A DNA stretch of 64,000 bases, from NCBI GenBank assembly GCA_040954595.2, contig CM082589.2, forward strand, positions 9,932,894-9,996,893, written 5' to 3'. The translations under genes and the position numbers were made by a program. The notes under the pieces are model-generated. The model saw nothing but the letters and a program-made list of their open reading frames with translations, did no database searches and was not told where the DNA came from. Below are positions 13,001 through 24,639 of this stretch, in pieces (the first letter of the stretch is position 1; each line of letters begins with the position of its first letter). This DNA comes from Balanoglossus misakiensis (lineage: Eukaryota > Animalia > Hemichordata).

Positions 13001-13364
13001 AATGACCATGGAACAACTTTAAAGCATGTTGAGATTTAATGTGCTACATAAGTTATAAATATTATATTAATATTATTACATAAACAACACTCTTACCTAG
13101 CTAAGGAAGTGGTCAGGTGAAAAATATTTGCAGAGCTGACCAATTATTTAAGGAATATTAAAGTTGGGTAATTTGGACGTATTCATACGGGTGTTGGTCA
13201 ATGGAAAGTCCTTTGTTCATTTTCAAAATGGCAACCAAAAATGCGAACAAAACACACTGAATTATGTACGGGATATTGGTGTTGCCTAATTTGCGTGTTT
13301 CCACATTTACTTAAACTCTCACAGGGAGACAAATGTCACAGCAAACGGAAAAATGACTATGCTA
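12843..13364. repeat. Duplicated segment (copy at ~16930-17459; partial copy at ~16370-16586)
   Basis: Direct text match, e.g. CTCCCCAGGGAGTTGAATGG...AAGGAAGTGGTCAGGTG...ACAGGGAGACAAATGTCACAGCAAACGG. Confidence 0.85.
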
Positions 13365-14799
13365 CACACAACACTTTTATTGATCATGGAAAATGTTCAT
13401 GAGAATTGTGTTATGGTACTTTTCGGGGCTCACGACCTGTGTTATAGGAAATCTGACAAGGAATCCAAACTGTACCACATACACAACACTTTAATTAAGC
13501 ATGGGAAATGGTCCTGAGAACAATATTCTCAGAGTTGACAAACTGTGTTATCTGCGTTATATTGATGTTGTCTAATTTACACGCCTGTACATTTATTTAT
13601 ACTCTGACTTTGAGCTTAATAAGGCAGCGCCTGCTAAGGTCAATTTCCCACGTACACTTTTAATTAGCATAGATAATGATCATGATAACTTCATTTTCAG
13701 AGCTGACAAACTGTGTTATGTGAAATTCATGTTGCCTATTTCATGATAATGGCTTGTGGTACACAAGGGTTAACAGCAATCAGCAATTGCTTGTATGATA
13801 GGTATAATGATCGATTTACAAATTTCAATGGTATAATAATGGGCAACACATGTGGAAGTGTTTAATAAACAGTTAACTGATGTGGTGATGGTTTGTGGTA
13901 AAATTGAGGGTACACAGATTATAATGGGCAAAACAATGAATATAATAGAGGTTGATGATGGTGAATGGTTTCATATGAATGGTGTAATAAAGGTTAACAA
14001 ATGTGGTGATAGCTTTGGTGTACAGGGCTGTTCATATCTTTAGTAATGACAAAGGTATAATAGTGATAAAAGCTTAAATAAGTGTTAGGGCACAATCTTC
14101 ATGATGGTTCATTCATTGGTTAATGTGTATATTTTATTAATATCATGCTATTGTTTATCAGTTAGATCATAATCAGGGTTTTTCCATGCACATAGTCATC
14201 ATGAATCAGCGGAATTCTTCTGAATAGTACCTGTGATCATTTTTGCGCACCGACGCATTGTACGCGACAGACATGCAGAAAATATTAACATGTAGCTCAC
14301 AGGCATAGTGTTAAATCTAAACGACTATATGTTAGATAAGCTTTACCTCCCCACCCCATCAAAATTCCAAATTTAGCTTGATGTGACGTTTTCGGGTAGA
14401 AACTTTCATGGTTCATTCATTGAACCAAATATTGGATTTGACACACTGTGTCTTGGGTGGGTAAAGCATGGTGAAATGTTGGCAGTAAACTTTAACCAGA
14501 CAGGTCACATGAAAGGAAGATTTTATCATTTGAGTTCGATGGCATACATGATAAGATATGTCAGTTCTGACACCATTTTTGCAGACGTAGATGCTGATGT
14601 ATTTTTTCCATTGGACACAATACTCAAAGTCCAGTCTGTGTTTAAAATGATACCCTGGTCACACACAGTGAGAAATGTCAGCCTTTGACTTAATTATCTA
14701 ATTTATGCATTGTTAACAATGCACTGTGACATTTACTGCATGTATTTTTCCCACTGTGGAAACTTACTATGCTTTGAATACATGTTCCCTAATGGGGTG

Positions 14800-15390
14800 T
14801 TAAAGGATACAGTAGGATCTGTTTCGGTAGCAAATATGACACTGTTTTCAACATATTTGACTGGTGGCAATATGTGGTTTTACGTTGGTATCCATCATGT
14901 AACTCAGATCACCTATATGAAGCTCCATAGTAAATTTCACAGAAGTCGGCTGATCAATTCCAGAAAAGTAGATTTTTTACCAAAAATGTGGAAAAAGACA
15001 AAAAAATGCATAACAAGTAGAAAATTCACACTATTAGCTTAAAACATACAGAAATGTGTGAGGCTAATATAAGGTACTATCATACCATTTTTTCAAATCA
15101 ACATGACCAGGACTTGTCGTGTTTCTGAGTTTTGACCAAATTAAGGTTTTCCCAGCTAATTTGTATATATTTTTGGCAATGACAACTTCGTTTGAACAAA
15201 CTCCCATCTACAGCCTAGCATGCATCTACACACCAAATATCGAGGTTATTGGCGCAACGGTTTTCAAGTTTTTGATGTGTACGGACATACATCCATCTAT
15301 CCGTCCATATGTCCATACATACATACAGACGCAACCAAATCCATAAGGTCCCACTGTATATACCTATACAAATGGGACCAAATAAAACAC
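14800..15390 (+). mobile_element. Non-autonomous Helentron/DINE-1-like (HINE-type) element, approximate bounds
   Basis: Degenerate (CATA/CATC)n microsatellite at ~15281-15330, followed by a terminal stem-loop GGTCCCA...TGGGACC (15346-15379) and an A-rich flank. This matches the known architecture of such elements. Confidence 0.5.
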
Positions 15391-16157
15391 ACAAAAAATA
15401 ACACTTAACATCTTACAGTGCAGGGCCTTGCTAGTTGATGTGGTACAATTCTATCATATCACTTCACAGCTGGTAGCCAAGGGCAGTGTTTGCACAGAGG
15501 AGCCTCCTGAATGTCTTCGCTCGTTCACACCTCTTCAGTGATAATGTCTGGATTACATTGACATGAAACTGTTTGTTCAGTAGTGTTTCAACTGCCAGCT
15601 ACCTGGGTTCATTTTACACCCAAACACTGAAAATATTGTAGCAGTCAATAATATAACCTACACACTGTGTGAAATTCACCATGTTCTAAAGTAATGTTGA
15701 TGTCTAATGTGCATTGTGACTTACAGGGCATGCACGGCTAAAGCTTGTCGAAAGTTGACAAAGCAAAAGACCAGACCAGTTGCCTGTTTTAAAATGTGCT
15801 TCATTCCAAGGACCTTGGCGATGAGTCATGAATTGGGGAACGTTCATGAGACCCATTTTTTTTCACTGGACCAGCACATTTAATGATATGACCTTGAAAT
15901 TGAACTGTTCCCAGGAGCTACTGAGAGTTGCCTTGTTTCACCCCCAAGTTACTACCTGGGGTTTTTACAATGTCGACAGTAGTTCCAAAAAAAAAAACGT
16001 TGTACTTTTATGAATAATCGATTAGGGTAGATTTATTCATGGTAGTAAAACTTTTTGGCCTGCAGTTGCCAAACAAAGACAATTACAAGTAAGGGACTGG
16101 ACGTAAACTACCAGGGGGAGCGCAGGGAAATTGACGAAAGCGATGGCCTCAAATTAA

Positions 16158-16510
16158 TGTCATAGTCCAGTGGTTAGAGCATCAGACCCATAATCAAAGA
16201 ATCAAGAGTTTGATCCCTGGCATGGTTGTGGTGTTGTGTCCTCTGGCAAGGCAATTTACATCTCCTTGCCTCTCCCCGCCTATAAGAAAAGGGTAATTTG
16301 GTGGATCGGATATTGTAATGTGTATGTATAGGTCTGCTTTGCTGATATAAAAGCTGCACATGTGAGCTGTTGTTTGCTCCCCATGGAGTGGAATGGAATA
16401 TTTTAGGTCCAACGACCTAGGTCAAATTACCATGGGAAACACTTCAAAGCAGCACATTGAGATTTATTGCATAATGTGCTATATAAGTAATAAATATTAT
16501 ATTGATATTA
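16158..16510 (+). mobile_element. Degenerate tRNA-derived SINE
   Basis: A-box-like TAGTCCAGTGG(TTAGAGC) at 16163; B-box-like GAGTTTGATCC at 16206; the common SINE core motif GTGTTGTGTCC..TGGCAAGGCA.TTTAC; AT-rich tail at ~16490-16510. Confidence 0.6.
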
Positions 16511-16586
16511 TTACATAAACAACACTCTTACTTAGCAAAGGAAGTGGTCAGGTGAACTATATTCGCAGAGCTGACCAATTGTTTAA

Positions 16587-16928
16587 AGGGGCAAAGTCTC
16601 TCATCGCTGCCTTTTTTCAATTAATTATGTATGATACAAGACGCCATTGATGTTATTCTACATGTGGATATATGGTGAATCAACATTCGACCACACACAA
16701 CTTCCGTCTCGTTTGTACGATATGAGAGTAAAAACTCGCCCAAAATGAATAAATGGTAAAGAACGATTATTCATTTTGGCGAGTTTTTCACTCTCCTGTC
16801 TATAAGAGGGATGGAAGTTGTGTGTGGTTGAACGTTCATTCGCTATATATCCACATGTAGAATAACAAACGGTGTCTCTTATCAAATATAATATGGGAAA
16901 AGGGCAGCGAGAGAGAGACTTTGTCCCT
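16587..16928. mobile_element. Palindromic Kolobok MITE (342 bp), related to the element starting at 640
   Basis: TTAA at 16583-16586. Arms of ~165 bp: AGGGGCAAAGTCTCTC... / ...GAGAGAGACTTTGTCCCT. The reverse complement of the right arm matches 640-825, including AATAATCGTTCTTTACCATTTATTC. The right TSD is absent. Confidence 0.9.
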
Positions 16929-17461
16929 CACATGGGGATTAAATGCATATGCGTGTGTATTTAAAGTTAACTGTAAATCCCCAGGTTAATACGTGGCCAA
17001 AAGCACTGTAATTTGGCATTTCTAATGATGGTGAGATGTTGTTTGCTCCCCAGGGAGTTGAATGGAATATTTAGGTCCAACATCCTAGCTCAAATGACCA
17101 TGGGACAACTTAAAGCACGTTGAGATTTAATGTGCTACATAAGTTATAAATATTATAAAAATATTATTACATAAACAACACTCTTCCTTAGCAAAGGAAG
17201 TGGTCAGGTGAAATATATTCGCAGAGCTGACCAATTCTTTAAGGAAAATTAAAGTTGGGTAATTTGGATGTATTCATACGAGTGTTGGTCAATGATAGGA
17301 AAGTCCTTTGTTCATTTTCAAAATGAAAACCAAAAATGCGAACAAAACACACTGAATTACGTATGGGATATTGATGTTGCCTAATTTGCGTGACTCTACA
17401 TTTACTTAAACTCTCACAGGGAGACAAATGTCACAGCAAACGGAAAAATGATTATGCTAAG

Positions 17462-19428
17462 CAATACGCCAACCTTTAAAATATTACTTTAGAAAGTTTG
17501 TATTCATACTTTCTTCAAGTTGTCATAACGCTACCCCGAAATGTGTTTAAGTATTGCCTTTGTATTAATGGGCTAGATTCATGGCGTTATATGTCATAAA
17601 TTAAAAAGCCAACCCTTATTGATTTTGATAATATTTATGTCGGAGAATCCACAATGAAAAATATGTATTTCAATTTCATAACTCAAAATGATTTTCAAAT
17701 CCATGACCTTATTTTCAACTCCAGTGATCGTACATCCTGAACCTTGTGCCAGTAAATGATTGGCCATTACAGGGTTAATGGGCACTCTCCCGTTCTCTTC
17801 CTCCGCAGTTTCATTCATGTTCTTGTTTGACGGAAATGGGTGTGACCAGACGCTTGAATGTTTTCATGTGGGTGTCGTTGTTCATCGGGATCGGTCTCCT
17901 GGTGTGTCTGTACAGGTACGCAAGGAGAAACTGCCCACAAGAAGCTGCGAGTGAAACTATTTAAGGTAGTATGTGCCTCGCGGTCCGAGATTCAGACAAA
18001 TGATAGTCCTCAAAACTTTTTCAAGTCTTTGATTTACTAAAGTGTATGGTGAGTCTCTTTGAAAACAACAAAAACATTACTCACCATATTGTTATTTTTT
18101 TGAAAGTTTAAAATGAAGTTGACAATGTACCAAACAGATTCTATTTATTTCTTCATGACCATGTTCACCCCAAGGTCATATGGACCTGCAAGTATATGCC
18201 AGAGCCAGAGTCGACATTACCGAAGCCAGAGTTCAAAGCTTGCAGGTCACCCCTTGCCAGCTCATGTCTAGCTAAACTGCCATGGATGCCAAGAGATATA
18301 GGACTACAGTAACCTGTAGATGGTTTCAGTATGTTTGAAGAAAGTGGTGGCGCACTTTTGGCTACATTTGAAATGGCTATGGTACCAGTGGTTGAATTTG
18401 CAAAGGTGACCTTTGACCTGGTATCATTAAAGATATTAAAGAACGATTGAACATTCCTTGTTGTCGTAAAATGACATCTGTAATAACTTATATTTTATCT
18501 GTTCATCTTGAAGTACTATATATTTAAACGCCAATTTTCCATTGCCAATCAAGTTTTTACAAATAAATTGTAATATGCATGTTGATTTTACAAAAACTCC
18601 TTACTTCCAAGTGAATTCTGTTACACATCACGTAAATATTTTCCCCACGAATTCTTCAGTTGCTGACTCGGAAATTTCATATATTGGGCAGAAATTGGAT
18701 ACATTACCGAGCCATTAAAATTACAGTTTTCTATTTTAATTGATCTTCCATAACTTCAAGTACTTTGATTTGACATAAATTAAAAACATCATGGTGAATA
18801 AATAAAAAATCTTTGATTATCTAATTGTGCATGTTTACATGGTTTTATTTTAGTATGCTGGGTACTTAATGTCTAATTGCTCGCTGATTTTATACTGTTC
18901 AAGATGACAATCTAATTTTAGTTTTCAGCTGATAATGGAAATCACTGATTAAAAAAATTGAATTTTGTCATGAATAAACTTGTTGTTCATGGCAGTTGCT
19001 GTATTTTGTTTCATGTGTATTCAATTTTTGCAAGAATACCATTGAGCACAGTTTGATTTGATTAAACACGTTTATCGGAAAATTTTGTCATTTGAAATAT
19101 CTGTTTTTGCGCCCTCTACCATTTGACCAAATGATTCTCTTATTTTGGTGGCCTTTGTCTGTGTATATGAGAATACTATAGTACTCTCGCATCGATGATA
19201 GTAGAAGTTGAAAACGTCTCTTGCCACGTGGCCTAGAAGAAAGGTGATCTTTAGAGTAAAATAAAACAAACTATCCAGATAGGAAGCTAGAAAAGAAGTT
19301 GAATCGTTGAAATTTTATTTATTTTTATATTGTTAATATCGTTGGTGATGTTGACTGGCCGACAATCTTTGTCACACCAGTATTTGCAGGTAGATTAAAA
19401 CATTGCCTATTCCAGCAATAATCACAAC
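17462..19428. repeat. ~1.97-kb direct repeat, copy 1 (copy 2 at 34230-36197)
   Basis: Near-identical from CAATACGCCAACCTTT to CAGCAATAATCACAACAG. The ORF track shows paired ORFs (17594/34384 and 17858/34627). Confidence 0.95.
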
Positions 19429-19644
19429 AGTCTTACTTTTTCTATCTTTGTAAGCGTTAATCTTTATTGACCTCGCTTGTTGTTTTGTGTTTTTGTGTTG
19501 TTTTTGTTTTTGTTTTGTTTTTTTAGTAGTTTCATAATTTTATTTGTATTTTTAAAATGTTTTCCTGTTTTTTGTTTACTTTTTTATTTTTTTTACTATT
19601 TGTTGATTGTAATGCTGTATGGGTCTCGACTGTCGGTCCCAACT

Positions 19645-20941
19645 TGTCATATAATTAGGTAGTACTGGAGTCAGTGGAAACCCAGGTGCCCGCATAATTT
19701 CAGGTGTAGTGACACCGTGTATTGTCATGTTAATGAATAGGGCTTCGTTAGCTAAGTTTCGTGTAGTAAGAGAGCACACTTCAATTTAGGTCTTGAAGGG
19801 AGCAACAAGTCGGGTCTCCCTGCTCAGTGAGTAGAAATACTAGGGGAAATATTGCACCATACCTTGCTGTGTCCATGTAATGCTGTAGCGCGCATTAGTG
19901 CTCTCAGGACCACTGTTTCTGCAATTCGAGTGGAAGTAAATTCAGTACTTCTAGAAAGCAGAATTGTGCTTATTCAGTGCAAACCGGTGTGGTCGGGCGA
20001 TTGGCGTGGCTGGCATGGTCGTATGTGGTGTGGCTGGAAATTGCTCCAAGCAGAGTTCTGTGGAACCATCCTATAGACCCGGTATTGCTGAGCATGAAGT
20101 GTGGTGAAGAATTCTCGTGTAAGTAATGTATTTGTTTATTTATTTACTATAACTTAAATTTATATTTTATGGATATTTATGTCAAATTCGACAATTTGTA
20201 AGTAATAGGACGGTCATAGTTAAAGCATAATTTTCCATGATATCACATGTAATCATGACGCTTTAACTAGTCCAAATTTCTGATAATTATTATTGAGAAA
20301 CGTCAGTATTCATTTGTGAACAGTTGCTAAGGTGGACATTTCAGTCAATGTTTGTTGATTTTTCATTCAGCCATTTAACCCAAGACTTGCATCTAACAAG
20401 TCAGTCTTCAGTGTGTTTACTTGACTACTGGAGGACTACAAGTGGTAGAAAACATGGTGTATCACAGATTGTATGTGTAATGTGGATCGTCGCTACATCG
20501 TTCATCTATACAGGACTCCATCCCATATTGTGGTTGAATCATGATTGTTTACTATGAATGTTATATACAGCTAAGTGACACTTACCATTGTTTAGACAAT
20601 ATGCAATAGACAATAAACTATAGTGATATTGTGAATATATTCATTTATGTAATATATTAAGTAACCCATTGTATTGTATGACCAATTGTATCAGCATACC
20701 TGTACCTGCTAAATTGGTTAGGACAGAGACATTTGATATTGTGCATATTGTGCACAAAAATTATATTCCTAGTATTATCTTTATATTATTTAATTGATTT
20801 AAATTAAATCAACTGTATTATTGTATCCGCACTGGTTTGTGTAGTTTCTCCCCATACCTTATCCACGGATGTTTACTCCTTGGCACTGAGAGCTGCTCAA
20901 TATTTATCCTGGAATCAGAGGGGTGCCCTCCACCTCTGACA
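19645..20941 (+). repeat. 5' LTR (~1.3 kb) of the Gmr1-like element
   Basis: Starts TGTCA directly after the motif GGGTCTCGACTGTCGGTCCCAACT, which recurs at 36508-36531 without the LTR. Ends TGACA 2 bp before the PBS. There is no second LTR to confirm it. Confidence 0.7.
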
Positions 20942-20943
20942 TT

Positions 20944-20960
20944 TGGGGGCTCGTCCGGGA
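20944..20960 (+). promoter_or_regulatory. Primer-binding site, tRNA-Pro
   Basis: TGGGGGCTCGTCCGGGA, the canonical tRNA-Pro PBS sequence. Confidence 0.92.
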
Positions 20961-21241
20961 GTTTTATCGTTTTGTTGTGCATTTGTTTGTATACTATCAT
21001 AAATTGTTGCCATATAGTGGAGACCATGGTTTTGATAGGTAGAGATTCTGCAAATTGTGAAGACGGTGCTGGGTCTGTAGGCTGGTACTGTTACTGTATG
21101 TGCGCTTGTGGTTTCCTGCTATATAATATGGGCCGTGTTGGTTTGCGTCGTGCGTTTGGCTGTGTTGACTTGTGCTGAATGCCCTGTACTGCTAGTGGTT
21201 GTCAAACTGGGGGTTGTAAATCGCGATACAGCAAAGCATAT

Positions 21242-23052
21242 ATGCAGAAAGAATATCTAAGATAGGGAGAAAATTTGGGTTGGAAGGGACTGCTTTAAAA
21301 GATTATGTTAGAGAGGAACAAATTAGACAGAGGGATCTTAGGGCTACTGAGAGAGAGGAGCAGAGAGAAGATAATAGGCGGCGCGAGGAACATGAGAGAG
21401 AGATACTGAAAATGCAAATTCACTTACAAGAATTAAAATTGAAAGGGGAAAATACAGAACAGCAGGTTACTGAAAATAATTTGGCCAAAGCGCGTGCTCC
21501 GAGACTACAGGGTTTTCGTGAGGATGTTGATGATATGGATGCGTACCTTCAACGTTTTCAGCGCTACGCCACTGCTCAGAAGTGGGAAAAAGATGTCTGG
21601 GGGTGAATCTCAGTGCATATTGTTACAAGGTAAGGATGTATCCACATACAACCAAATGCCTGCAGCGTCTGCAAATAATTATGATGAATTGAAACCAGAG
21701 TTATTGAGGGCTTACCAGTTAAGTGAGGAGAGTTTTCATGACAAGTTCCGTTCGTGTATGCCACATTATGATGAAAGTGCTCAAAAGTTTATGGACCGTA
21801 TTGGTGACTATTTGGGCAGATGGGTAGAACTGGCTGGTACTCCAAAGACGTACAATGGGCTTACAGATCTGTTACTTCGAGAGCAGTTTATTGGAGTATG
21901 TTCCAGAGACATGGCAATGTTCATTAGAGAGCGACGGCCAGAGAATGTCCAAGAGATGGTATCTACTGCCTCAAAATACTTAGATGCCCGAGGGTGGTGG
22001 AAACTGCCAAGTAATGCCAAGAATAATCCAAGGAGCCAGCCGACAGCAAATACCAAGCCTTCTGTATATCCAAATCAAGTAAATAAGTTTAATAACAAAA
22101 CCAATGGTTCCCATGTTTTTAAAGGTACGTGCTTCGTATGTGGTAAAGGTGGTCATATGGCCAAAGATTGTAGAAGTAAGCCAAAGATGCATAAGACGGC
22201 GGTATTGTTAACTGAAGAAGATAGAAACTATCCACCTAAACAAGAATGTACACATTGGGGCAACCGTCAACAGCCCAGGGGACTAGACACTGGTTATGCA
22301 TGTATGGTGGTAGCAATGGAAATAGATAAAACAGATGCAACACTGAATAAGGAGTTCGTGTTACCATGTGGTCATAAGCTCCCAGTGATGAGTGCTGCTT
22401 GTAGTGCCCATGGAGTGAAGAAGATGCCGGTAATGAAGGGATTGCTCGATGGTAAGCTGGTTAGCGTTTTGCGTGATAGTGGGTGTAGTAGCGTGGTAGT
22501 TCGAAGAAGTCTGGTGTCAAGTAATCAGCTGACTGGTGAGTACAGGACGTGTGTTCTGATAGATGGGACTATTAGAAGAGTACCTGTAGCCTCTATAAAA
22601 GTTGATACCCCTTACTTTGTTGGTGATGTTACTGCACTGTGCATGATGAACCATGTGTATGATTTAATACTGGGCAACATTGATGGTGTATCTGACCCTT
22701 CGAATCCTGATACTACATGGCAGGAACCATTGCCGACATGTAGACTGTGTACAACTGTTGGACAGGTACCAGGTTTAGCAAATGCTGTGGAGACCAGAGC
22801 CCAGAAGATAGCCAACCAAAAACCAATCAGAGAGCTTAAAGTACCTAAAGCTGTTGGTGAAGTGGTGATGCCAGGGAAGCTTCAACAAGCTCAAGAAGAA
22901 GACTCCACTCTTGACAAACTACGTGAGAAGGCAATTTTGGGTGACGAGAAAGTGACTAGGAATGGAGGTAGGTTGAAGTTCATCATGAAAGATGGGATCC
23001 TGTACAGAGAGTTCAATTCGCCAATGGTCCAATTTGGTGAAAAGCTGTTACA
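21242..23052 (+). pseudogene. Gmr1-like Gag (SCAN-like capsid CTD, CCHC knuckle), protease and start of the integrase region
   Basis: DMDAYLQRFQRYA; LLLREQFIGVCSRDMAMFIRERRPENVQEM (SCAN-like); CFVCGKGGHMAKDC; LRDSGCSSVVV; QQAQEEDSTL..DGILYR. Stop/frameshift lesions occur near 21262 and ~21600-21620. Confidence 0.88.
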
Positions 23053-23092
23053 CACTGCGGGAAATACTAGAGCTATGTTGGGCAGTATTCCG
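23053..23092 (+). repeat. Left bipartite TIR
   Basis: CACTGCGG-N18-TGGGCAGTATTCCG. Confidence 0.85.
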
Positions 23093-23136
23093 CGAAGCGC
23101 GAGCTCCCATGTTCACCATAGCAACGCATTGCCAAG

Positions 23137-23787
23137 ATGGCGGCGCCCGTGTTGATCGATGCCGAGAAAGTTATAAAACGCAAATTGCGAGAGGCAAAAT
23201 CTGTGCTTAAACGTAAAAAATGCGTGTCGGACAATCTGTATATACACCCACTCTTTGATGAACTTGAGGATGTGACAACAAGGGCCATATTTCGAAACGA
23301 CAAGCTGTCAAAGGACAAGATTCGTTGGCGTGACGTCGCCGTATTTCCCATGTTTCAGCGTGATATGACCTACTGGCAGAAGACCTTCTACGCTCGGCTG
23401 TCAACATCCCCGTCGTTAAGGTCACCATGGCAAAGCAGCTTTACACGACAAATGCCGAGGGAAGTATTTGATGTTTTTCATCAGTTTGCTACTCGGACCG
23501 GTTTTGGTATCGACGAGAAGACCTCCAGGGCTATCATAACCTTGACCTTCACAAGTTCCTTGAAGCTATTGTATGTGATACGGAAAGGTTATTGCTACGA
23601 GGGCGCTATCGGTCAGCATACAGAGAATATCCTAGAGAAGAAAGTCCGTGGAAAGAGGGTAGCTGTTATATTCACACCTGAGAAGCCCTGTGTTGTGAAA
23701 TATTTTATCAACAGGGAGACTGTTGCTGTTAGATTCAGCTTTGGTGCCTGGAACAAACATGGAATTCCATTACATCCAGAGAACTGA
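23137..23787 (+). CDS. Intact 216-aa basic orphan protein carried by the transposon (unknown function)
   Basis: Uninterrupted ORF starting 84 bp inside the left end, strong start context (AAGATGGCG), AATAAA at ~23916, convergent with the transposase. No domain recognised. Confidence 0.75.
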   Translation: MAAPVLIDAEKVIKRKLREAKSVLKRKKCVSDNLYIHPLFDELEDVTTRAIFRNDKLSKDKIRWRDVAVFPMFQRDMTYWQKTFYARLSTSPSLRSPWQSSFTRQMPREVFDVFHQFATRTGFGIDEKTSRAIITLTFTSSLKLLYVIRKGYCYEGAIGQHTENILEKKVRGKRVAVIFTPEKPCVVKYFINRETVAVRFSFGAWNKHGIPLHPEN

Positions 23788-24639
23788 ACCCTATTGATTT
23801 TTCACACTGATTCAACCCATCTGAGGAACATTTTTTTCCTGATCTGTGGCACATGTTGTTCAGTGTAGATGTATCAGTCTGTCAAGACAGTCCTCTCACA
23901 ATTGACATATATTCAAATAAAAAAAGGAAAATTAGAAGACTCAAAAATTCATCACTTGTCTTTATTTATCTACATTCAATACAAATGAACAGATAATGTT
24001 TACAAAATTTCCTAAACTGTAAAATTCTTTTTTTCCATCATTATTGTAACATAGATTTTTCATTAGTTTCAGAAAAAAATGTATGTTACCTACAATCAAC
24101 ATTGATAAGTCAATCAAAACTGCTCATCTAACAGTTAACCAGGATTTCTGGTCTAAATTTAATTAATATTTACAATTAATTCCATGACAAAATTTATAAA
24201 TATCAAGAATTTGATGAGACTTAATTCTTTATTTTTTCACAAATTCATTAAAATTTCGTGCAGGTGCAGAATAAACAACTCCTCAAGAAAAATGTAAAAC
24301 TTTTCTATCAAGCTTATGTATGTCATACATTTTAATTTTGCAAAGCACTGCAATCACTATACGATTAAGGGTTTATTCACAATACTTAATAGTGGTAAGA
24401 TAAGTTTCAATTTCCCTGTCCCCATACATGCACACATATACAAAATCCCATAAGAAACATATCATCTCCAGTTCAAAAAGTGTGAATTCATGTGATTTGT
24501 GATCTCCATTTTTATTAAATGCAGCTCTCAACTACAGATGAGTCTTTATAATTCTGTAATGTAATTAATACTATAGTTATCCTTTAATTCTAAAGTAGCA
24601 CACAGTGACACAATCCACTGTTTCAAATTCAATCATTGT

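Noticed and set aside
640-16928. One giant Kolobok element from 640 to the matching TIR at 16928
   Set aside because: The TIR at 16928 pairs with its own left arm at 16587, diverges from 640-825, and lacks the TTAA TSD.
23137-23787. Calling the second ORF RAG2 and the element ProtoRAG
   Set aside because: Too short, no kelch repeats or PHD visible, and the TSD is 3 bp rather than 5 bp.
24601-24607. Perfect RSS heptamer CACAGTG just 3' of the transposase stop
   Set aside because: No nonamer at 12 or 23 bp; a single 7-mer is expected by chance.
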